NCBI GenBank assembly: GCA_022601345.1
Contig: JAJACU010000010.1
Coordinates: 21,758-85,757 of the forward strand
DNA: 64,000 bases
Source of the DNA: Chlamydiota bacterium
GTDB lineage: Bacteria > Chlamydiota > Chlamydiia > Chlamydiales > JAAZZY01
Direction of reading: 5' to 3'
Shown here: positions 17,025-26,769 of the stretch, piece after piece
Position numbering within the stretch: the stretch's first letter is position 1
How the letters are laid out: every line of letters begins with the position of its first letter
The notes under the pieces: model-generated
Seen by the model: the letters and a program-made list of their open reading frames with translations, nothing else
What the model was told of the DNA's origin: nothing
The model's database searches: none
Program-made: the position numbers and the translations under genes

Positions 17025-18735
17025 ACCATATCAATCTAAAATACGTTGGAAGCAACTCAGCACTGTTATAACCTTGACAATAGCCTTTCATATTTACATT
17101 GTTTTTTTAATCAAAGACATTTCTTTCACATCTTACTCTCTCTCAATTCCTAAACAAAACCATTTAGCTGAAGACACTCTCGATCTTTACTCACAATCTA
17201 TAAAAAAGAAAAACCAGGACCTAGAGCATATCTTTAGCCGCTTAATTGCAAAAAGTGTATTACCTCACGATGTCAAATTTGATTTTCAAGACTTAGAGAG
17301 CGCCTCATTCCCTGAAGAGTTAACAAGTGTAAACCCACAATTTTCACCCAAAGAAAATACATATCCAAAACGAGATTCTATACTCTCATCTCAAGAGAGT
17401 TCTTTGATTGGAGAGAATAACTTACTCAATTCACTGGCTTTGCTCGAGTCTCCTCTAGAAACTACTTTCGACCCAGCAGATCAATTTTATGCCATTGAAG
17501 ATCAAGAATCTCTTGAACTTATTGACGAATCAAAAAATGTATTTCAACAAAGCTCCTTAATAGACGTTTTTGATTCGAGTTCAATGACATCTAATTTAGA
17601 ACTTAACTTTGAAATGATCGGCCTAAAAGAGCCTACTCTTCCCTCTTCTGAGAATTTCCAATCTGACATGAGTAAGGCAAATGATGAAAAAAGAATGATT
17701 GCCTCAAGCTCGGACTTCACAGTCCAAGTAGAGTACGCCCCCCAAATTGACGCTGATGGCTTTGTTTTCAAACTGTCATTGAGACCCAAGCCTCACAAAC
17801 ATTTCAAACGAATCAAACAAAATCTTTTTTTTCTAATAGATCGCTCACACTCGATCCCCATCAAACACTATTTAGCAGCAAAAGATGCGGTTTCTAACGC
17901 CCTGGATTATTTAAACTTAGAAGATAGCTTTAATATCTTAATATTTGATGATAAAGTAGCCAAACTTTCCTCAAAAAACCTAGTTTGTTCACCAAAAAAC
18001 ATTAAACTTGCAAAACAGTTTCTCAAGAATCAAAAACACGGTGGTTTTTTTGCAACAACTGATCTTTACTCATCCCTTGATAAAATTGTTCCTGATGTTG
18101 TGAAAGAAGATGAAGTAAATACAGCTATATTACTTTCTGATGGCGATACTTACCTCACTAAACAAAAACAAAGAAAGACCCTCAATTACTGGTCACAGAA
18201 AAATAAGGGCAAAGTCTCATTATTCTCTCTTGCTATTGGAAAAAATAAAAACATAAGCCTTTTAGATCTGCTAAGTATCTTTAACAAAGGATCAATGCGC
18301 GCAGCATTTTCTCCTGCTACAATTTCAAATGAATTATTAATGCTTGTACAATCACTTCACTCTCCTATTGGAAAAGATCTAACTGTAACGGGGTTGCCTC
18401 ATAATAAACTTGCCACACTAAAAGTCTATCCTGGGCAAGAGCGCCTTCCCAACCTCTATGAGAATCTAGAATATGTCCTCTATGGAACAATTGATCAAGC
18501 CTCTGACTTTACTCTTTTTTTACAAGGTCGCTACTATGACCACTGGCTTGATATAAAAAAATCTATCTCATTATCAAAAGGCACTCTTGGTGATAGTCAA
18601 TCACTCAAAAAAGGAGTTATACTTCAACAAGCTTACGGCGAATACGAGCAATATTTAAGATCAGGTCATCCAGGATTTTTAGAAAAAGCAAAAAGCCTGC
18701 TTAAGCCAGTTAACTTACCTCTAGCTTTCGAGTAA
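17014..18735 (+). CDS. von Willebrand factor A domain membrane protein
   Basis: N-terminal TM; MIDAS FLIDRSHS, then TTDLY and ILLSDGD. Confidence 0.85.
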   Translation: MNYKPYQSKIRWKQLSTVITLTIAFHIYIVFLIKDISFTSYSLSIPKQNHLAEDTLDLYSQSIKKKNQDLEHIFSRLIAKSVLPHDVKFDFQDLESASFPEELTSVNPQFSPKENTYPKRDSILSSQESSLIGENNLLNSLALLESPLETTFDPADQFYAIEDQESLELIDESKNVFQQSSLIDVFDSSSMTSNLELNFEMIGLKEPTLPSSENFQSDMSKANDEKRMIASSSDFTVQVEYAPQIDADGFVFKLSLRPKPHKHFKRIKQNLFFLIDRSHSIPIKHYLAAKDAVSNALDYLNLEDSFNILIFDDKVAKLSSKNLVCSPKNIKLAKQFLKNQKHGGFFATTDLYSSLDKIVPDVVKEDEVNTAILLSDGDTYLTKQKQRKTLNYWSQKNKGKVSLFSLAIGKNKNISLLDLLSIFNKGSMRAAFSPATISNELLMLVQSLHSPIGKDLTVTGLPHNKLATLKVYPGQERLPNLYENLEYVLYGTIDQASDFTLFLQGRYYDHWLDIKKSISLSKGTLGDSQSLKKGVILQQAYGEYEQYLRSGHPGFLEKAKSLLKPVNLPLAFE

Positions 18736-18737
18736 TT

Positions 18738-19301
18738 ATGCATATCATCGGTGGACAATTTAAAAAACAAAAACTGCAGTCTCCAAAAGGAGAACAAACA
18801 CGCCCAACTAAAAATATTTTACGAGAGACTTTTTATAATATTTGCATGCCCTACATAGAAGGTGCCATTTTTGTAGATCTTTTTGCAGGGTCAGGGGCAA
18901 TGGGTTTAGAAGCTTTAAGCCGTGGGGCAAAACATTCATACTTTATTGAAGCCCATAGAAATGCATATATTGCCATTGAAAAAAATATCCAGCACTTAAA
19001 AGTTAAGAAAAGTGCCACACTTATTAAAGGTGATGTTTTTCAAAAACTCAAATGCATTGACTCTAGGTGTGATATTATTTTTGCTGACCCACCCTATGCT
19101 AAGGAAAACCAAGCATCTTATGCTGTGAGGCTATTAGAGTTCTTAAATCGCCACTCTCTTTTGAAAGAAGGAGGGAGGCTGTATATCGAAATAGGGAGTG
19201 ATGAAAATATCGATCTTTCTAGCTATAGCTCTTTTGAATTTATAAAAAAGCGACTAATTGGCAGTTCTGCTCTTGTTGAGATGAAACAACTTGCTAATTG
19301 A
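18738..19301 (+). CDS. rsmD: 16S rRNA m2G966 methyltransferase
   Basis: MHIIGGQFK, TRPT, DLFAGSGAMGLEALSRGA, FADPPY. Confidence 0.95.
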   Translation: MHIIGGQFKKQKLQSPKGEQTRPTKNILRETFYNICMPYIEGAIFVDLFAGSGAMGLEALSRGAKHSYFIEAHRNAYIAIEKNIQHLKVKKSATLIKGDVFQKLKCIDSRCDIIFADPPYAKENQASYAVRLLEFLNRHSLLKEGGRLYIEIGSDENIDLSSYSSFEFIKKRLIGSSALVEMKQLAN

Positions 19302-20267
19302 CTCTTCAAAAATTTTGAAGAAGTTCCCCTCTTTTTGATTTTCTTTTTTATCTTCTATCACCTCGTGTGATCTTGTCTCCAAAAGCTCGTGCATTGAAGG
19401 CATTTGAAGACTAGACCGCATTCTATCTTCAGGGTTCAAGTAGTTGTTTGCACACGGTTTAATGCGCTTTAAATTATCGCTGTATGTGATTTCAAAATTC
19501 AATTTAGCCGCAAAATACTTACTGCCTTTTTGATCAAAAACCATCACACCTCTATATTTACCCACAGGAAGATCACTTACACCAATTGTGTATTTATTTT
19601 TTTGTGATGGAAAAGTCCACCTCTCATAGGGATTCTCATGCAACACCTTGATCCCCTGACTATTATAGATATCAACAGAGACTCTAGGTCTTAGGGCAAG
19701 AGAACCTTCATTTTTAATGTTTATATGATACTGAAGCTCTTTTATGGCTTTGTTGTATGTAACAGATCTATCCTCTGCTGATAGGGCATATTGACCTGTT
19801 CCTTTTATATGAACAATAGCCTGGGCTGCATATTGAATAACATATGAAATCATTTTTTTATTCTCAGAGCTATCTGCGCTTTTACTAGATGGTGACAGTA
19901 AAATGATGCAGTTGTAAGAGCCTTCAAGATTTGGATCATTTGGAATTGAAATGTTATAGTTATAAGAATAATCAGAGCGAGAAGAAATCATAACCTCACT
20001 TTTTGATAATTCAACCCAAGCAGCGCACGAGTGGGGATCTTCACCTACAATAGGGTTGTTCATGTCCGTGTGTATCTCTAAAGGAAAATCAAAACATCTA
20101 ACCTTTACCCCTTTAGGATTCTTATCTGGGTTGTGTAACTTAATGCTTCCCGTAAGGACCTCTCCAGGCTCTCCATAAAATTCAAACTGCATAGGCCCTC
20201 TAACACCAAAGTCACGAGCACATAAATTACAACTAAGTAACAGCATGAACATCAACAAATATTTCAT
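19254..20267 (-). CDS. Exported two-Ig-domain protein, pilus chaperone-like (PapD-like / DUF916-type)
   Basis: Signal peptide from the ATG at 20267; SCAAWVEL, IPNDPNLEGSYNCIILL, IKNEGSLALRP, LPVGKYRGVMVFD. Confidence 0.6.
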   Translation of the reverse strand: MKYLLMFMLLLSCNLCARDFGVRGPMQFEFYGEPGEVLTGSIKLHNPDKNPKGVKVRCFDFPLEIHTDMNNPIVGEDPHSCAAWVELSKSEVMISSRSDYSYNYNISIPNDPNLEGSYNCIILLSPSSKSADSSENKKMISYVIQYAAQAIVHIKGTGQYALSAEDRSVTYNKAIKELQYHINIKNEGSLALRPRVSVDIYNSQGIKVLHENPYERWTFPSQKNKYTIGVSDLPVGKYRGVMVFDQKGSKYFAAKLNFEITYSDNLKRIKPCANNYLNPEDRMRSSLQMPSMHELLETRSHEVIEDKKENQKEGNFFKIFEESISKLFHLNKSRTAN

Positions 20268-20491
20268 CAAAGACCCATTTAGTTTTAGACTATTCAACAA
20301 ATATATTTATATTAATTCTCATTTTTTTAAACAGATAAAAGTTATCGATAATAAAACTAAAAATTTTAAAGCTGATTTATAAGCGCTAGATTTGCTCTAT
20401 TTATCCCAATACAGCATTAAATTAAGCATACTTATTTACATAAATCTTTTTTCTTATATAAAAAGAGCATCTATATTTATAGGACAAGAGT

Positions 20492-20983
20492 GTGACTACC
20501 AATAAACTTAAGTACATCAGAAATGTTTTAGTGATGCTGTGCTTTTGCATGCAGCTACACCCCTCTACTTTCAGTGATCATATTATCACAATGAGAGTAG
20601 GTGCCGAACCTTCCAGCGTATTTACAGACCTCTCCTTAGACCAGGATGACTTTATAGGAGGAGCTACTACATATAATTATGAAAACTCCTCTTTGACATG
20701 GGAGTATTCAAATAGTGATAGTACAACCTATTCACTATCTGCAAATTTGTCAGCAACAGCAGATACTGGCTGGACCTATTCTATGACAGTTGCTGGAATA
20801 GGGACATCTGTAGGCGAAGTTTCTTGGACTTCAGCAGATACAACGACAGCAAAAACAATTGCGACAGGGCTGCCCCAAGACACTACCGTGACAGATGGAA
20901 CGCAAACATTAAAGATAGAAGTTGTCCACGCTAATTTCACTGGCGGCGATCACAACAGAACATTTGTGTTTACTTTTTCATAG
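20492..20983 (+). CDS. Secreted pilin-like beta-rich subunit
   Basis: Signal peptide, Thr-rich, ends in an alternating beta strand (RTFVFTFS); paralog of 21085..21576. Confidence 0.6.
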   Translation: MTTNKLKYIRNVLVMLCFCMQLHPSTFSDHIITMRVGAEPSSVFTDLSLDQDDFIGGATTYNYENSSLTWEYSNSDSTTYSLSANLSATADTGWTYSMTVAGIGTSVGEVSWTSADTTTAKTIATGLPQDTTVTDGTQTLKIEVVHANFTGGDHNRTFVFTFS

Positions 20984-21084
20984 ACCTCTTTTTTTCCTGA
21001 TAATCAACTTTATTTAAAAAAAAGATTTACATTAATTCGTATTTTTGAATACAGACGAAAAATATATGTAAACAGGAGGCACCT

Positions 21085-21576
21085 ATGCTTTACAACAATT
21101 TTAAATACGTATGGTTAATCGTATTAACTCAAGTATTTTTCGTTTCTTTTTGCTTTGCAGGAATAGATGATCAATTAGTAGATGTTAATATTACTGCAGG
21201 TAAATCTGTGGAATTTACAGATATTGTTCTAACTGAATTTGACTTTACAGGTGGAGTGACAACCTACGATTATTCAGACAATACTTTAACTTGGCAATAT
21301 GACAACACAGATGGTACAGCTTATGCTTTGCATGCAGGTTTAAATTCTGCAGCTGAAACAGGTTGGACCTATACCATGACTCTTGGTGGGATTGGAACAA
21401 CATCGGGTGCGGTCACTTTTAACACTGCTGATGGAACCACTGCAAAAGAAGTTGCAACAGCCCTTCCTGTCAACACTATCGTGACAAATGGAACTCAAGA
21501 CTTTGAAATAAGTGTTCTACACGCTAACTTCACTGGGGGTGTTCACAACAACACATTCTTGTTTACATTTATTTAA
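21085..21576 (+). CDS. Secreted pilin-like beta-rich subunit
   Basis: AGGAGG RBS, signal peptide; mature part roughly half identical to 20492..20983; ends NTFLFTFI. Confidence 0.65.
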   Translation: MLYNNFKYVWLIVLTQVFFVSFCFAGIDDQLVDVNITAGKSVEFTDIVLTEFDFTGGVTTYDYSDNTLTWQYDNTDGTAYALHAGLNSAAETGWTYTMTLGGIGTTSGAVTFNTADGTTAKEVATALPVNTIVTNGTQDFEISVLHANFTGGVHNNTFLFTFI

Positions 21577-24287
21577 ATGTAATCAAGCTGCCTTTTTAAC
21601 TGAAGAATTCTTAGCTTGAAGTATTTATTCTCACCTTGAACAACCTCAAAGTCTATGCGAGGTTGTTCAATTTCATAGTCATAAGATAAATTATCAACAT
21701 CTATTGAAATATTCCACTGACCTGGCCTTAAATTAGGAAAGTGAAAGTTTCCTTTCTTGTTAGGCTCAATAGAGTATTTTTCTCCAGATGCAGAAACAAG
21801 AGTTATTTGAGCTATTGCAGAATGACTTTTCAGATACTTATTAGCATTCGCTTTATCATAGTTGTAATAAGAAAGATTTCCTTCAACTGAGCACGGACGA
21901 ATAAAAACAACATCTAAATTAGTTACTTTGTTTTTGGCAACTTCCACGCGTTGCGGCATTGCTTCTTTTGTGATAAATCCTTCAGGAGTATCGTCTACAT
22001 CTAAAAGATAGGTTCCTGGCTTGAGATAATCAAAACTATAGTCCCCCTTCTTGCCCGCCTTACAATCTAATTCATTACAACTAATAATTGGATTTGCAGT
22101 AGGCCTCAAAATTCCATTTTCTTCATAATAAGTTTTACCTTTTACTTGAGTTCTATCTGCTTTTTTTCCTATAGGAAGTCCCCAGGGGATTTTAAAACTC
22201 AAGACACCTCTATAAGTAGCTTTTGCTCTAAAAGGGCGAATAATACTCCCTTTGAACTCTAAAATTTGATTATTTCTAAATCTATAGGAGAAATTCCCTT
22301 GATAAAAATTTCTAAAAACGGCGTAGCTAATTTGAGAATGTTCATATACAAATGAACTTTTAAATCGCCCTATATTTGCTGTAGCTGACGCCCCATACGT
22401 TTGATTCCATCGTATGTTGTGTATCTTATATAGATACCCCCATCTTCCATAAACAGAAAGAGTCTGACCCTTAACTCTCAAATAATTATAGGCACTATAC
22501 CTTTGCCATGTCTTTGTAAATGAATCAATTGGCTCTTGAATATACTTACCGACTTCGGCATTTCCAACAAAAGTAAAGCGTCTTAGAGATTGGGTAATTC
22601 TAAGAGAAGCAAAATTTGTTTTAAATCCAAGCCCAAAGAAATGATTTCTTGCCTCGAAGTTATTATAGGCTGTTGAGATAAAAAGCCCCATTGGAAGAGT
22701 TAAGGTAGCCTCTCCAAGCACCCTCTGTGATTTGTTTGCCGAAGAAAATAAAGGGTTATTATCTAAATTAGAATCATAGCTTGTAAACGCTCCAAAAAGA
22801 TTAAGACGCTCTTTTATTCGAAACCCTGCCGAATAACTATTCTCTGAATAGTTGTTATAATAACCTAGAAAAAGATAGGGGGCATAAACTTTTTGAAAGT
22901 TATACCAAAACCATTTAACTGGACGCCCATTACCTTGCAGGTAATATCCATCTTTGCGTGCTCGAGGAGCTCTAGAATAACTCACCCCCCACTCACCTTG
23001 AATATTTGTCCATTCTTTATAGGAGGCATTACCTGAAACAGACAGTATATTTACATCATTTTCTTGGGTATAATTAGAGTTACTCAATTTTCCATTTGCG
23101 TAATAATATGTTGTCTGGAACCCAAGCTCTTTTATTGGCATAAACCTAAAAAAAGCTCCGACATCTGTTCTAGGAACTGCTGAAGATCTTGCAACAGCCA
23201 ATGACCCTACTTGAAAATTTGGAGATTTTAGAGTTAACATCCCACCTCTTCCATATCTTGAAGTCAACGTTAGTGGGCTTAAGTGATAGACTCCATCTGC
23301 TCCATAAGCATCGATATGAGCAGAGGTGTAGTTTACAAAATATTTCTCTGGAGTTCCTCCAAACTGTTGAAAAACAGAGGTCTGCCTAATAAAGGGTATT
23401 CTAAATAAATAAGAGAACCACTTAGTTTTTTCTCGATCTACATAGCCACCTCCTTCTGTATTGATAAAAAGAGTCTTCTTCCAATTATTAAAACCCGCTA
23501 CAAATGTTGAAACAGATGGAATGAGCTGATACTTTTCTAAACCTTTAATGAAAGTTGATCTTGCGTGAAGGGGAATCGAGATGGATTTGCTCTCTAACTG
23601 CTTCAAAGAGTTAGAATCTTTGATAAAAATAGTCAAAAAGTCATAGCTATGATTGCGTTTTTCAGACTTAGTTTTAACGTTAATATTTACTTTTACTGTG
23701 CGACCTGGATCTACCTCTACTCGATTTGAAGGTTCAAAGTTTACTTTTTCTAAAAGAACTCCTTGAGCTGCCAAAGTAACGTCCCTTTTAAAGTTCCCGT
23801 TATTCGTTAAGGCTAAAGTTGCTTTATAACCTGTCCCCTCAACAACATGCTTTGTTGTTACAGTGAGCTGAGAATTTAATGAATCAACGGCTAAGACCTC
23901 TATGTTGACTTCTGCTACACCAATGAGCGTCTCATTGTCTGTTCCCTGCACTGTAAGCTTGACCACATGCCGCCCTACACGCGCATCCTTAGGCAATTTA
24001 ACCGCAATAATTTCAATCGTCTCTCCCTGACTTCCTAAATTTACAGGAGGCAAATCCATAGGGATAGTTTGCCAACCCTTAGGCAAGTCCATTCGAGTCA
24101 CAAAAGTGTCACTTTTAGAACTGTAATTTTGAATTAAAAAAGAAAGAGTAAGGACTTCATCAGGAGCCGCTTGTAGAGCTTTCGAAGTCATGGGTTGCAC
24201 ATACAGACCGTATCCTTTCCCCGAAGCTTGAATAAATGCAGTCGGTATACACAAAGCTAAGCAAAATATAATCCAAAACTTTTTCAA
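21573..24287 (-). CDS. Usher-like outer membrane protein, 904 aa
   Basis: Signal peptide, two N-terminal Ig/NEW3-like domains, ~450 aa of aromatic-rich alternating beta strands ending SFKIPWGLPI, then two carboxypeptidase-regulatory-like domains (GDYSFDYLKPGTY, GNFHFPNLRPGQW). Confidence 0.6.
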   Translation of the reverse strand: MKKFWIIFCLALCIPTAFIQASGKGYGLYVQPMTSKALQAAPDEVLTLSFLIQNYSSKSDTFVTRMDLPKGWQTIPMDLPPVNLGSQGETIEIIAVKLPKDARVGRHVVKLTVQGTDNETLIGVAEVNIEVLAVDSLNSQLTVTTKHVVEGTGYKATLALTNNGNFKRDVTLAAQGVLLEKVNFEPSNRVEVDPGRTVKVNINVKTKSEKRNHSYDFLTIFIKDSNSLKQLESKSISIPLHARSTFIKGLEKYQLIPSVSTFVAGFNNWKKTLFINTEGGGYVDREKTKWFSYLFRIPFIRQTSVFQQFGGTPEKYFVNYTSAHIDAYGADGVYHLSPLTLTSRYGRGGMLTLKSPNFQVGSLAVARSSAVPRTDVGAFFRFMPIKELGFQTTYYYANGKLSNSNYTQENDVNILSVSGNASYKEWTNIQGEWGVSYSRAPRARKDGYYLQGNGRPVKWFWYNFQKVYAPYLFLGYYNNYSENSYSAGFRIKERLNLFGAFTSYDSNLDNNPLFSSANKSQRVLGEATLTLPMGLFISTAYNNFEARNHFFGLGFKTNFASLRITQSLRRFTFVGNAEVGKYIQEPIDSFTKTWQRYSAYNYLRVKGQTLSVYGRWGYLYKIHNIRWNQTYGASATANIGRFKSSFVYEHSQISYAVFRNFYQGNFSYRFRNNQILEFKGSIIRPFRAKATYRGVLSFKIPWGLPIGKKADRTQVKGKTYYEENGILRPTANPIISCNELDCKAGKKGDYSFDYLKPGTYLLDVDDTPEGFITKEAMPQRVEVAKNKVTNLDVVFIRPCSVEGNLSYYNYDKANANKYLKSHSAIAQITLVSASGEKYSIEPNKKGNFHFPNLRPGQWNISIDVDNLSYDYEIEQPRIDFEVVQGENKYFKLRILQLKRQLDYI

Positions 24288-24290
24288 ACT

Positions 24291-24742
24291 CTATAGCTCT
24301 TTTGATTTATATAAATAGTTAATTCCATACGATGTTGGAGGAAACACTTCAGCATCAAAAGAACCTGAAAAATAATACTTTATGTAACAATCTAAGTACT
24401 GGCCTTCTTTAATGTTTGTGACAAGTTCATGCACTCTTCCATCACTGATATCTACGATCCCGTGGTTCCTTGCTCCCTTTAAAGATTCCAATTCCACCTT
24501 TAGTTTTAAATTTGAATTTAGTGGAGTCTGAAGCTGAACTGTTATTTTACCCTTGCTTTTCCTATCCACTTGTAGAGAATAACTTTGTGACTCATCTATA
24601 ACCTCTAACAATTGTGGTCTACCTTCTTGCTCAACATCATCAATGGATAGTAAAGGGACAGTGCCGTTTATTACAAAATTAGAAGCGTCTAATAATGGGA
24701 GCTTAAAAACTAAAAATAGAAGATTAAAAATAAATATCTCAT
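24291..24742 (-). CDS. Pilin-like subunit with uncertain 5' end (possible frameshift)
   Basis: Body (KITVQL...LKLKVEL...HELVTNIKEG...IKYYF) resembles neighbouring subunits. The ATG at 24742 is out of frame by one base at the A5 run 24712-24716; the track starts at TTG 24611. Confidence 0.55.
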
Positions 24743-24820
24743 AAATAAAATTTATTTTTTTTATTTTTTCTTTTATAGTAGTTTCAACTCTTAAAAAAAA
24801 GTTGTTTTATCAAATTTTAT

Positions 24821-25339
24821 ATGATTAATAAGAACTTATTTTCATTTCCGTTGTTTCTCACCACTTTTTTTCTCTTTAACGCGTCTCTACTTCATAGTGA
24901 GAGTATTTCTATCAACCAAAACATCATTCTAGAAGTTAGTAAAATTAGAGCGGTTTCCATAAATTCTTCTACAGCTAAAATTACTTTAGGAAATGAGCAT
25001 ATTTCCCCTGGAGATCCTGTTTTTGAATCTGAAAGCTATTATGAGAATACACTAGACATTACAACGCTAAGTGATAAACCCCAAAAGATTACAGCCCTTT
25101 TAAGCTCATCTCTTCCTAAAGGAATGACACTGTCTGCATGCCTTCAACCCCCTCTTAAGGGCAAAAGTTCTGGATACCAAATTTTGAATACTCAAAGACC
25201 AGTGACTCTAGTTTATGCCATCCCAAAAGCTTGTTCAGCAAAAGAACTTGTCTTATCTTACAAATTTTCCGTTGCAGATAAAACTCTTCCGCAGTCAGCA
25301 GATGCTCATGTTATTTATAAAATTGAAGATGACAATTAG
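24821..25339 (+). CDS. Secreted pilin-like subunit
   Basis: Signal peptide; QKITALLSSSLPKGMTLSACLQPP...SSGYQILNT...LSYKF...VIYKIED. Confidence 0.7.
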   Translation: MINKNLFSFPLFLTTFFLFNASLLHSESISINQNIILEVSKIRAVSINSSTAKITLGNEHISPGDPVFESESYYENTLDITTLSDKPQKITALLSSSLPKGMTLSACLQPPLKGKSSGYQILNTQRPVTLVYAIPKACSAKELVLSYKFSVADKTLPQSADAHVIYKIEDDN

Positions 25340-25839
25340 TGATCCATTAAAGTGTATCTAATAGCGCACTGCTGAATTCTAGAAGTTATTTTTTCTCGAT
25401 TTTGAATGCTATAGCTAATTGGTATACTCGATTCATTACAAAAAGCATCTATTTTATCGATAAGAACAACTGGAGATTTTTTTCCAATGGCCACAAAGCC
25501 TGAATTTTTCAGAAAAGCACTCCCTTGGCAACATACCATTAATTCAAAGTTATCAGGTGTGTTAAAATTCTTTATTTGTTCGACCAGAAGTTTTTTTTCA
25601 CGTCCATCATTACTGACAATCCCCATTTCAGCCTCTTGATCTGAACTTCCAAAAAACCTTCCCCTTTCTCTGACTAGCTCTATATGTAAATTCTGAGGGC
25701 TTATTTCTATTTTATTAACAATTTGATAGTCCAACTTCAAAATATGATCTACGGTATCCAATGAAAACACCAAAGCAGAACTAAATAACAAAGATATAAA
25801 TAATGAAAACTTCATAAACAACTTACAATTAACAAACAT
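25336..25839 (-). CDS. Secreted pilin-like subunit
   Basis: Signal peptide; DHILKLDY at the mature start; C-terminal IRYTLMDH. Confidence 0.65.
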   Translation of the reverse strand: MFVNCKLFMKFSLFISLLFSSALVFSLDTVDHILKLDYQIVNKIEISPQNLHIELVRERGRFFGSSDQEAEMGIVSNDGREKKLLVEQIKNFNTPDNFELMVCCQGSAFLKNSGFVAIGKKSPVVLIDKIDAFCNESSIPISYSIQNREKITSRIQQCAIRYTLMDH

Positions 25840-25860
25840 TAAATTGCACTTTACAATACT

Positions 25861-26361
25861 TTACTGGTCCATCAAAGTATATACTATTTTTCTTGAAAAA
25901 GATTCCACATCAAGGGCCTCTCTTCCAAAATAAAACTGATAAGTGATTACATTTGGAGTGTAAATTGTAGAATCTTTTGTTAGATTTCTTAAAATATCGC
26001 TATCTACAGTAGATAGTTTTTGCAATCCAGTCGACTTGCCCGATGGAGGTGGAGCAAAGTACACATATAATTCCATGCCCTTTGGCATTTCAGCATCAAG
26101 TTGAGCAACAACTTTTTTGACCGTATCATCTGCAATAACTATAGAAAATCCGGTAGAATCATCAGTGATCTCCGACATCTTCCCAGGCCTTATATCTGAG
26201 CTACTTAATTGAAAGTCTGGGGTAGGCCCTACCAATACAAATGCATTTTGAGCTGAAATTGTGACATTGATAATTTGAGAATTAGATGGATTATTTGAAA
26301 ACAAACTTCCTTTAGGTGCTAGCAGCAGAAAAACTACTAAAAATAATATCCTCTTACGCAT
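25861..26361 (-). CDS. Secreted pilin-like subunit
   Basis: Signal peptide MRKRILFLVVFLLL; KKVVAQLDAEMPKGMELYV...PPSGKSTG...LST...ITYQF...IVYTLMDQ. Confidence 0.7.
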   Translation of the reverse strand: MRKRILFLVVFLLLAPKGSLFSNNPSNSQIINVTISAQNAFVLVGPTPDFQLSSSDIRPGKMSEITDDSTGFSIVIADDTVKKVVAQLDAEMPKGMELYVYFAPPPSGKSTGLQKLSTVDSDILRNLTKDSTIYTPNVITYQFYFGREALDVESFSRKIVYTLMDQ

Positions 26362-26492
26362 GTGACTTGTAGAGCAAACGACGCCCCCCTCCAAGCCGGA
26401 ACCTAATTCAAAGCTTTTTTTTTGAAAAGCCCTCCCACGCAGAAACTTTAAAAAAAACCTAATAACTTAATAATAAGTAATTTGAAATTCCA

Positions 26493-26768
26493 TCAATCTT
26501 TGAATAGACGCTTTGCGATATCATCTACTGATGGTTTATTGTCTTTTATTGACTCAGAAAGAGCCTTAAATTCTTCACAATAGTTGAAATGATCCCTGTC
26601 TCTGACCTGATCCGTGTTTGGAATTTGACAGTCATTTGGCTTGCCTGGCTGATAAAACTTGCACCCTTGACAGGCATGTAAATAGGCCCCACACCCCTCA
26701 CAGACAGATTTAAAACCAATAACTTCTTCACATTTTTGATGACACTTCCAACAAAACCCTTGAAACAT
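26493..26768 (-). CDS. Small Cys-rich putative metal-binding protein
   Basis: Three CxxC motifs plus two further Cys (CQIP, NYCEEF). Confidence 0.8.
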   Translation of the reverse strand: MFQGFCWKCHQKCEEVIGFKSVCEGCGAYLHACQGCKFYQPGKPNDCQIPNTDQVRDRDHFNYCEEFKALSESIKDNKPSVDDIAKRLFKD

Positions 26769-26769
26769 A

